A stretch of DNA of 64,000 bases from Paraspadella gotoi (taxonomy: Eukaryota > Animalia > Chaetognatha). The position numbers and the translations under genes are program-made. Positions 54,465 through 64,000 of the stretch are shown piece by piece; the first letter of the stretch is position 1, and every line of letters starts with the position of its first letter. The notes below the pieces were generated by a model. It was not told the DNA's origin, searched no databases, and saw nothing but the letters and a program-made list of their open reading frames with translations. The stretch is taken from positions 5,631,053 through 5,695,052 of the forward strand of contig CM119266.1 of NCBI GenBank assembly GCA_051294375.1, in the 5' to 3' direction.

Positions 54465-54496
54465 GTGAACCGCGCTACGTGAACCGCGCTACGTGA
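54465..54496. repeat. 14-bp tandem duplication (GTGAACCGCGCTAC) x2
   Basis: Read directly. Confidence 0.85.
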
Positions 54497-54673
54497 CGCC
54501 GCTTTTGGTGAAGAGGATAAGATTCGCGGTTCGATTGAGATCAAAATCTAAGGATAGCTTCACGTTTGATGATTTTGGATGCTTGAGATTCGATCGATGA
54601 AAAGATCAATGACTAGAGAAAAGGTCACGAGGGTTCCTTTGATATATATGCACTAAACTTTAATAATAATCTT

Positions 54674-54706
54674 GTGAAATTGGTACAACCAATATAAAAA
54701 TTATCC
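54674..54706 (-). mobile_element. Terminal fragment of the 35526-36257 element family
   Basis: TGAAATTGGTACAACCAATATAAAAATTATCC matches the unit start at 35527 and 35843 with one mismatch. Confidence 0.75.
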
Positions 54707-56785
54707 TCCAAGCCTGTGTTAGCCTCCAAGCCTCCAAACGTTAAAAATTTGTTGTTATATTGTTAATGTAATAAAATCGGCGCAACCACAGTGAGACTTA
54801 AAACCTTCTCAACCTTTGGCTTTTATTTGATCCTCGGCAAGAAGGAATTCGAGATAACCTTTTTTTTTCCGCGGCAACTAATTCCTAATTTCCTCGTTAG
54901 TATGCAAAAATTATATCCACCACTCCCAAAAGAGATTTTAACACCCGGCCGGAAGGGGAAAGAGGGGAGAGGGGAAAAAAAAGAAAAGAGAAAAAGAGAA
55001 GATAGGAAAGGAATTAAGGAGATAAGAGGAGAATAGAGGAAAAAGAAGAGAATAGAGATTCAGAAAAGAGAAGAAAAAGGAGAGAGTAATAGAGGGTAGA
55101 AAAGGGAGAGGAGAGAAGATAGGAAACAAGAGAAGATACGAGAGAAGACAAGATAGAAGAGGAGAGAAGAGAAGAGGTAATTTAGGACCGACGACTCATG
55201 ATGTGTCACCGGAGCGAATGAACGGAGAGGAAAAGATAACGAAATGAAAACAAACGTCGAGGGTTTTCTTTTCCCCGCTTTGTTGTTGTTGTCGTTGTTG
55301 TTGTTGTTGTGGAAATTTGAGGCTTGTGACAGGTTGGAAAACAACTAGTGAAAAAAGGGACGATTAAGAATTTACGATGGAACGAGTGAAAAATGTAAAG
55401 AACTCGATTGAAGAGTCACGAATTATTTAATAAATCATAGCTTATCTAACTATATATCGTATATTAATTTAGTCAAATTTATAATATCATCAAGGTTTTT
55501 CCAATAAAAATGGAAAAAAAAATTTAAAAAAGAATTAAAAAAACAGTGACGCTATAATCACAAATTCGGGGAAAAAAAGTCGCTTCCACATTTTCTTTCC
55601 TCAATTTGCATCACGAGCGAGAAAAATGTCGTTAATTTAAATAAAAGGGAAAGAATGTCGCCGGATTTTCACCTTAGTCGTCGAAGCGGGAAAAGGTGTG
55701 GCGCATCTCTCTCTCTCATGAGAGGAGGAAAGGGCGCTAATCAGAGGCAATTTGCATATGGGTTGGCGACGATAAGCACATTCTATCTTTACCTCCCTCT
55801 TTTTTTAACTCGCTCGCTCTCTCTCTCCCTCCTCTTCACCCATCGTGAGAGAGATAGAGAGGCTCATTCTTCGCTAATGAATTTTGGAACGAGTTGCGAG
55901 GAGTTTTATTATTAGGAGGGTTGCCAACGGGTAATGACAAGGTGTCGACTCAGTCGAGAGCGCGTCTCGCTCTCGCGCTCGCGCGCTCTCTCCCTCTCTC
56001 TCTTTTTCGTTATCTCCCGCAACCTCTCATTTTTTTTTTAAATCAACAATCACCCAACTCTTTCGTTGAAACGCAATAATGAAGTTCCACAACGTTTTCC
56101 TAATAAACTCATTACTATATCTCGCTCTTCAACCGTCTCATCACACAACTTCTGCCCACAAAACGCAAGTCACTCAAGTCCCACACTCAAGAGATAGGCA
56201 ATACATTTCACCACACTCTCTCCATCAAGTTTTTATAACAGCTAAGCAGCTGAAATTAAGAACTCATTAGCTCAAATGGAAAGATGTTAAAAAAAAACGT
56301 CGGGGAAAAAAAAAAGAAATTAAGTTTCTAATGGTTCCCGGTTTTTCTTCTTAATCGAACCGTAATTGCGAGACTCGCGATTTACTAATAAAACACGAGT
56401 CAAAAGAGAAAAAACGAAGTAGAGATGGAGTACAACAAGAAAGAGACAAGAAGACGACGACGACTTTTGCCTCGAGACAAGAAAACGAAAGAATGTGGTG
56501 AACCCAATATATCGACTTTCTCATTGAATCCTATAATCTGCCCATAATCTTCTCCGCTCTTCACTCCTCCATTCTTCAAACTCTCACATTCCCCTATTTT
56601 GCCCCATACCACCGACCACCACCATGCCCCTAAAACGGAACTTCCCAACGGAGGAAATGGGATTCCCAACTCCCGATCACAGTTGTAGGTTCTCACAAAG
56701 GAATCTTTCGCTTGATTTCATTAGCATCTCGAATGAAGGCCTTAATCAAGCGCCATCCAATCACAATCGTCACACGCTCAATTGT

Positions 56786-57160
56786 GTCGGCGTCACGGAA
56801 AAGAGGGAATGGGGGGAAAGAATTGAGGAGGGAAAGGGGAAAATAAAGAAAGGGGAGGGAGAAAATAAAAGGAAGGGAGGAAGAAAATAAAAGAAAGGGT
56901 AAGGGAGAAAATAAAAGAAAGGGGTAAGGGAGAAAATAAAAGAAAGGGGTAAAGGAGAAAATAAAAGAAAGGGTAAGGGGTTAAGTGGGAAAGGGAAGGA
57001 AATGGAAGCGGAAAAGGTAAGGGAAATGTGAGAGAAAGGCCTAAGGATATGAAAGTAAAGTGAAGGGTGAAAGTTAGAGAAGGGGAAGGAGGGAGAGAAT
57101 TTTGGACAGAGGAGGCTGTGAAATATAAATGAAATAGAACCAGAAATAAATAGGAATCAG
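56786..57160 (+). repeat. Purine-rich block with a ~25-bp tandem (AGAAAATAAAAGAAAGGGGTAAGGG)n; duplicated at 63616-64000 after a 25-N gap
   Basis: TGTCGGCGTCACGGAAAAGAGGGAATGGGGGG...AAATAAATAGGAATCAGAT is near-identical at both loci. Confidence 0.93.
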
Positions 57161-57879
57161 ATTTAAGAAAAAACGACAAAAAAGAAAATGGGAAGAAAGC
57201 AAAACTTACATTCAGTCTCGATTCAAACACTGTCCTTATTTCACAAAAAAATAAAAACCCGATTTGATTGGAGCTAACAACGTTCCAGATCCAATCCAAA
57301 CTAAAAGCCAAGCGTTATCGCCCTCGCACACTCGCTCGACGTAATCTTCATCGCCAGATTTTCTTTTGGCCTCGAGATCGTCGTCGTCTGCGCCGATTCG
57401 CAATTTCTCTGCGCGGCAGATAGTCGAGACCCAATTTAATCTCTCGCACCAACGTGGCATCTCCCTGTCACAAACCCTGTCACAACATGCTCTCACACGT
57501 CAATCATAAAACGCGAAAAAAAAAGGCAAAACGAAAAATCGTTTCGTTTTGTCGCTGCGATGGGCAAAAGAAGATTGCGAGCGACGAGACATTTATTGGA
57601 AGAACATCTAGCCTTCTACGTGCTAAATACTGTTGTTTTTAAGGGTTGTTTTATAATTAAATATGGTTGGTTTTATAATAATATATCACTACTCAGTCTG
57701 CAATGATTTAAACGACGCATGACTCAAACAAAAAACATAATCCTGGGTCTAAAGAAAAACAAAAAAAACAAAACAAAAAAAAACAAAAACAATTGGCCGA
57801 GTTTCCGGATCCTTTGGTTTCCGTGTTAATCTTAAACGAAATCCTTGTTTCTTCGCGCAGAAAACAACTTCTCCCTCTT

Positions 57880-58420
57880 TTCCTACCCCTCCCCCCCGCC
57901 TCGGCCCCTCTACCGCTTCAGGAGCCACCGAGTTTGGAACGAGTTTCAAAGTAAACACACGCCACCGCAAATGATGATTGGTCAACCGGCTGTTAACTCT
58001 CCCTGTCACAAGTTCCCGCGTTCAGCATTCGTCTCTGTCACGCACAAACCCCTCTCTCTCTCTCTCTCTCTCATTCTCGCGCGCGTATTGCTTCCACCCC
58101 CGTTCCCGCGGCACGTGACCTCGGATTCGTCCGCCCTCCCTATTTTAACGCGCGGTTATCTTTTACCCCCTTTACTCCCTTTTACCCCCACTGATCCCAA
58201 TCTACTCTCCCCATACCTCCCTTCCTCCACACAAACACACACACAAACTCGCGCAGTGAGAACGCGGTCTGCCTTTCGCCCCTTTAATCCGCCGCACGCG
58301 CATCGCCGGCTCGTGACGCGCGCTCGGCCCATAAAAATCCTCCGCGCGAGAAAGAGTGAGAGAGAGAGACCCGAAGCTGGATGTCCTACTACTACGACGA
58401 GCTTAAAACCGTGCGGGGAG
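57880..58420 (+). promoter_or_regulatory. CpG-rich promoter/enhancer-like island
   Basis: TGATTGG at 57975, CTGTCA at 58003 and 58035, CACGTG at 58112, CCGCCC at 58131, CATAAAA at 58330, GA tracts, and dense CGCG. Motif evidence only. Confidence 0.4.
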
Positions 58421-59015
58421 ATGTGAAAGAGTGAGAGAGCGATAGAGAGCGAGAGAGTGTGAGAGACAAAGAATGTTTTGATCCTCCAAAGTAAACAGAG
58501 AGAGAAAGAGAAAACGGAAAAACGAAAAACTATATCGTACGTGGGTTTTCTCCTTTCTTGGCGCGGGGCCTGTTCTCTCCCCCTCGCTTTTCTGACAACA
58601 AGAGAACACAAAGGCAAAGAAATCTGCGAATATAAAACTAGGAAGAGATGAGAGAGATAAAGCGAGGGGTAACCGAACTCAGTAAGGTGGTTAAGAAATT
58701 TGAATTAAGCACCAGCTCGAACGAAAATTTAGACATTTTATAAAAAAATTGAATAGATACAAAATTTTTTAATATTACTCTATACCCAATTACCCATATA
58801 TGAATTTTTGAATATTTATTTATAAATAGGAAAAGCAAAAATTTTTTTAAAGATTTTTTTATTTTTAAGATCAGTTTCAGGTAGCTTGCAAAAAGTGGTC
58901 TAGACAAGTATAATTCTTTTTTCAATATTTTGATCATAAGTGGGTGAAAAATATATAAAACTTAATAATCATCATCATCATCGCTAATTTTATTACTTTT
59001 TCTTAATTTTGACCA

Positions 59016-59043
59016 ATATTGGTTGTACCAATTTCATAAGAAT
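59016..59043 (+). mobile_element. Terminal fragment of the 35526-36257 element family
   Basis: ATATTGGTTGTACCAATTTCAT is the exact 22-nt reverse complement of the unit start. Confidence 0.7.
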
Positions 59044-59164
59044 TCTTGAAAGTTGTAGTTATATTTTTTATTTATATATAAATAGTTGGGTTTTTACTTT
59101 TACCATGGTAAGTCGACTCATAATTAACATTAAGTTGAGCAAACAATGTCAGATCTGCCATGAT

Positions 59165-59398
59165 AATTATCGGAATTAATTAATTAATAATTAATTATAA
59201 ATAGTTAATATTTAATTAATAATTAATTTATTCAAGTATTATTTAATTAATTAATAATTAATTTATTCAGTTAATTATTTAATAATTGGGCAATTAATTA
59301 ATTTGATCCGAATGTTTGTTTTGATTATTGACTGATTAATTAATTATTGATTAATTAACTAATGATTGATTAACTGATTAATATTGATTAATTAATAC
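59165..59398. repeat. Low-complexity (TTAA/TAAT/TGAT)n tract
   Basis: Read directly. Confidence 0.85.
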
Positions 59399-59714
59399 AT
59401 CTTGCATTTACATTTAAAATAAAGGAAAAAGAAGCATAATCAAATTAGTGAAACAGGTTCTTTGTTTTCTATTTAAACTCATTTCCACTCAGACGATTCC
59501 ATCGAAACTTCATATCCAGCTCAATCACACACTTCCCTACCCACACACAAAATTTCATTCCAATCCATCCATCCAATCACGAGTAATTGGAGTTTTTTGC
59601 TAAGGTGGGAATGGTTTGAAAATGACAGCGTTTTTTACCAGCGCTTGTAATATTGTCACCAAGTAGACCTCTGGAGTGTATTAATTCCAATGCCAAAAGG
59701 CCGGACAACGGTCC

Positions 59715-59850
59715 AGTAATAAGGAGATTTACGTTTCCCCTTTGTAATGAGATACAGAGCCATTGAAAAAAATGTTTACATTCTATGGTCATGGAGTTTA
59801 TTTTTTTCTTCGTCTCGCATTTGGTGGGCTAAGGCTTCGAGGAAAATGTA
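59715..59850 (-). pseudogene. Frameshifted C-terminal remnant of a CRE-clade (restriction-like endonuclease) non-LTR retrotransposon ORF
   Basis: Minus strand reads FLEALAHQMRDEEK /frameshift/ TIECKHFFQWLCISLQRGNVNLL. This resembles the CRE-type terminal signature FL..L...(x)n..FQRLS(I/V)ALQRGNA..L, recalled from memory rather than searched. Confidence 0.55.
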
Positions 59851-61854
59851 GAAAATCCATTTATAAATTATATACTGTCATGAGTCCTTGTGAGCAACGC
59901 GCCATGTCAATAATAAATAGACATTGATCCGACGAGGTCGCTTTCTCCAGTCCTCTTTTTTCGACGACAAATGAACATAGTCATACTCCTCGACGTGGCT
60001 CGAGTCCAAGCGCTCAAAACAAAGGAAGAACTAGCTCATGTTTATGAAATACTTATTAAATATTATTATAATCTTTATAAATAACACAAACTTTACCTAA
60101 ATAATTTTAAAAAGTCTAATTAAAAAAGTTAAGCGGAAAGATGTTTCATAATAACGAGCACAAAAATCCTCTTCCTGAAGCCGCGGTTGCTCGTCGCAAG
60201 GCCATGCTTTCGATTAGGATTTCACGGTAGAGTCATTATGCTCGTTCGGGTCCAATATAAATGTTAATCGAAACAAAAGCCCTTTGCTTTCTTCGGATTT
60301 ATTTTAACGTTTAGAATATTAGCCTCGCGCTCCACCTAAAAATGAGAGTAGAGACACTGTACTTTCTAACCATGTATTCAAAATAGACATTCTTCGAGGC
60401 ATGACGTTGGGAAATTGAGCTAAAAAAGGAGTTCATTTGATTACCAAAACAAGAATCAAGCTTGGAAATTTTTTACCTTTTTTTAGCTCAATGGAATAGA
60501 GAAAACGCATGGGGCTTTTCATATATAGAAGTCAAAATGGAGTTGGTTCTTTCTTAATTGAAGAATGAGCTCCGGTATTACGTTACGTAAGTTACGAAGG
60601 GTCAAACAAGTCAACTTCAAATGCATTTTAATAATATGAAAAAATGAAAATTCCGCTCGCGCTCATCAACCTCGATGCCCTGCCAAGACATCACTTTCAG
60701 AATCTAACCCATATATATTATATTTTAAAAGGCTTGACCATGGGATTTATATAGAATCGATTTCAAGCGAAACTTGTCACCGTCGACGAAACGATGAACC
60801 CAGATAAACTCACCTTATTCGCTACATTCAAACTTTTTAAATTTTGTAGTACTGAGAGTACCGAAGTCCGAATTGATTCCCACCTTTGTGTCACAGAGTC
60901 CTTTATAAATGACTACTTACCAAGCTAGCTTCCCTTTCCTGCAGCTGCCGGGACATTCCATTGTCTTGACGGCGTCTATCGGTGAGGCTTCACGGACCCG
61001 GATCCTCACTTTTTCAGTGTCACGTCCTTTCATTTTTCTCACTCTCTGTCTTACCTTTTTCGCTGTCGGTCTTTCTTTTTTTCTTTAAATCTCGTACTCA
61101 GTCTGTCTCTCTCTCTATCTCTCGATTCTTTTGTAATTTTGATCTATTTTCTTTTATTATCATCGTCTTCTCGCCAGGGATGTAAATGCTGGTCCATTGT
61201 CCTTTGTCATTTTTCATAACTGCTTTACCTGGTCTGGATTTGATTCAAGCTTTAGGCTTGTGTTTGTCTTTTACGTCCAGCCTGTCTTTGTCTCATTCTC
61301 TCCCTGGCCCAATGGTTCTCGTTTCATCGTCTCGAGGATCGAAAATCCCCGAACACCTTACGCAAAAACAACAAAACAAAACAGGGATCGTCTTCGCCGC
61401 AACAGTTTATTTTTCTGTTTTTCCTTCTTCGTCGATGTTTTTTGGTTTGTTTTTTTTCGATTCGAATAAAGAAAATTTCCCCGGAGATTTTTTTTTTCAG
61501 GCGACAAATTTTTTGGGAGAAATTTCGCCGGTTGTTGTTGTTTCCGTCGTCGCTTGGTGACGAAATTTGAGATTTGAGATTTGAGTTTGAAATCTCAAAC
61601 CAAAATATATCGAAAACGAGGCTGGGCGGTTTTGTTTTTCGTTGTCTAGATGATGCCGTTGATTTTTTTTCCTTTTCATTTAAAGGTTAATTTCATTGAA
61701 GAAAATTACATTAACCTTCCCGATTGAAGATTCCAATTCCATCTTTATAATTTTGCAACTCTGGTTAAAGAGAAACCGTTGTTAGTTTGTTAGACATAAA
61801 GAGGAAAGTGAAAAGAAAATTTAAATGACGCGAGTTAAAACAGTTGGTGCATGC

Positions 61855-61966
61855 TTTAAACCAAAGATGGCGTCTATTTTAAACAAAAGATGGCGTCTAT
61901 TTTAAACAAAAGATGGCGTCTATTTTAAACCCAAAGATGGCTTCGATTCGTAACAAAAATGGCGTC
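61855..61966. repeat. 23-bp tandem repeat (AAAGATGGCGTCTATTTTAAACA), three perfect cores plus two degenerate units
   Basis: Units start at 61863, 61886, 61909, 61933 and ~61956. Confidence 0.92.
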
Positions 61967-62717
61967 AATCTTCCTCGCGTCGTCGACTCGGTTTTGCCAG
62001 AACGTGAGCGACCGCGCCTTCCTCCCTTTCTCCGCCCTCTCTCGCGTAGGCCTCCCGTGTGGGTCTCTCTCTCTCCGGACGTCGTTTCGTTTGTTTACTT
62101 GATGGTCTTCGGGGTCAGAGGTCAAGTTTCGGCTCGGAACTCAGCACATTCCCTTTCGTCCGCGCGCAAACAAATACCGACAACCGACGAGGACGACGAC
62201 AAAAACATTCGCTTCTCTTTGTACAACAGTTTTAACCACTACTGTTTGTTTTTGACTTGTTTTTTTTTTCTTCCTTTTTCTGCTCTCCCGGATTTCGGGG
62301 CTCCAAATGAGTTTTTTCTTTCTTTCCATTTTTTCCAAAGATGGTCAGTTATTTTTGTATGAGACCGGAAAGGCATCTTCTGTCCTTGAGGATTTAACGA
62401 GGGGCCCGAGTTATGGTTATCGCTTAATATACGTTTTGACCAACGAGAAACATAAATTCAAGTCGAAAATTGAAGTGTAATAAAACAGAGGACTCGCATT
62501 GTAACGACGGAATAATTTAATCTGGCGATAATAACTATTAAAAAGTCAAAATCAGCACAATCGCTTGGTTGAACTCATTATCCGTGACTCGTGAAACAAT
62601 TTGGGATTTTCTTCACAGTTTTAAGTTTCACAGTTTCGTTGCTCACGACAGATCTACAACGGGACCTCTTTATTTAATGGGAAGAGGGATCTCCATTCGC
62701 CGTTCCGGAAGAATGAC

Positions 62718-62757
<40 letters not shown>

Positions 62758-63456
62758 GTGGAAAAGGGGGTTTTCTTTCTAACCCGCGGCTTCAGCGGAA
62801 ATGACGCAAGCGAGAAAAGAGGGGGGGATCTATGGTGCCTCGTTATGGTGCCCTTGAGGGCTGATGAGGCCGAGATGTCGGTTCGCCTCATTGACGCTGT
62901 TATTCTCGCACTAAATAAGATGGGATTGTGGACGACGGCTTTTTTTTTTGCAGACGACGTCGACGGAATGACCTTTTACGAGTCTGTCGGTCCGTCCGTC
63001 CGTCGTCGTTCCGTCCGTCGTCCGTCGGTCGAAGAACGAAATACGATTTCTTCTATGCGATTTTTACTTTTTGACATTTTCAGTTTACTGTTTTACGGAT
63101 TAAGTTTCTTTTGTGGTGATTAAAAGTTAAGATTGACACTGTTAATGTTTGTTTTTATTTAAACTTGCGGGTGGAATAATTATGGAATCGATTGTCTTAA
63201 CTTATATTATTATTATTATATTCATTTTAAACGAAAGTATTAGCTTTATTAAAATCTACTACAAATTAATTCAGTAGGAGCGGGGTTCAAAACTTTAGTC
63301 TTGAAGTCTAAGGTAAAAAAAGAATTTTTAAAAAAGTTCAATTTTAATGCCTTTGTTATTGCTATCAAAATTACAATATTACTATATAATGATAAAAAAT
63401 TTTTTGATGGATTTTGATAGAGCATAAAAAANNNNNNNNNNNNNNNNNNNNNNNNN

Positions 63457-63590
63457 TAGTAGATTTATAATAAAGCTAATACTTTCGTTTAAAATGAATA
63501 ATAATAATAATAATAATAAGTNNNNNNNNNNAAAATCCATCAAAAAATTGTTTATCATTATATAGTAATATTGTAATTTTGATAGCAATA
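63457..63590 (-). repeat. Two mini-contigs that are inverted near-copies of 63199-63262 and 63357-63416
   Basis: TAGTAGATTT..AATAAAGCTAATACTTTCGTTTAAAATGAATA and AAAATCCATCAAAAAATT..TTATCATTATATAGTAATATTGTAATTTTGATAGCAATA are reverse complements of upstream sequence; they are bounded by 25-N and 10-N gaps. Confidence 0.9.
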
Positions 63591-64000
63591 NNNNNNNNNN
63601 NNNNNNNNNNNNNNNTGTGTCGGCGTCACGGAAAAGAGGGAATGGGGGGGAAGAATTTGAGGAGGGAAAGGGGGAAAATAAAAGAAAGGGGAGGGAGAAA
63701 AATAAAAGGAAGGGGAAGGGGAGAAAATAAAGAAAGGGTAAGGGAGAAAATAAAAGAAAGGGGTAAGGGGAGAAAATAAAAGAAAGGGGTAAGGGAGAAA
63801 ATAAAAGAAAGGGTAAAGGGTTAAGTGGGAAAGGGAAGGAAATGGAAGCGGAAAAGGTAAGGAAATGTGAGAGAAAGGCCTAAGGATATGAAAGTAAAGT
63901 GAAGGGTGAAAGTTAGAGAAGGGAAGGAGGGAGAGAATTTTGGACAGAGGAGGCTGTGAAATATAAATGAAATAGAACCAGAAATAAATAGGAATCAGAT

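Noticed and set aside
47363-55757. Octamer ATTTGCAT sites (47363, ~51279, 55604, 55750)
   Set aside because: The count is about what chance gives in AT-rich DNA, and no snRNA body is adjacent.
62862-62895. CTGATGAGGCCGA...TCGGTT hammerhead-like start
   Set aside because: The obligatory GAAA after stem II is missing; it is only a small hairpin.

Overview
This is AT-rich, microsatellite-dense ((GA)n, (GAC)n, (GAT)n) eukaryotic, probably invertebrate, non-coding DNA from a draft scaffold. I can support no intact protein-coding gene, RNA gene or CRISPR array; the listed ORFs are mostly translations of simple repeats or N-runs. Roughly half the window is redundant. It holds 2-3 indel-riddled direct copies of the same sequence across 3.8-23 kb, a ~5 kb inverted duplication centred on a 25-N gap (31.8-42.3 kb), and short duplications beside other 25-N and 10-N gaps. 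These look like long-read gap-filling or uncollapsed-haplotype artefacts. The candidate biology is modest: a presence/absence partial-tandem mobile element with three more dispersed copies, a decayed CRE-type retrotransposon end, a Helentron/HINE-like element, an 18/72-bp higher-order minisatellite, and dense clusters of nuclear-receptor, YY1/Pho and TALE-type motifs. I did not find a convincing new biological system.
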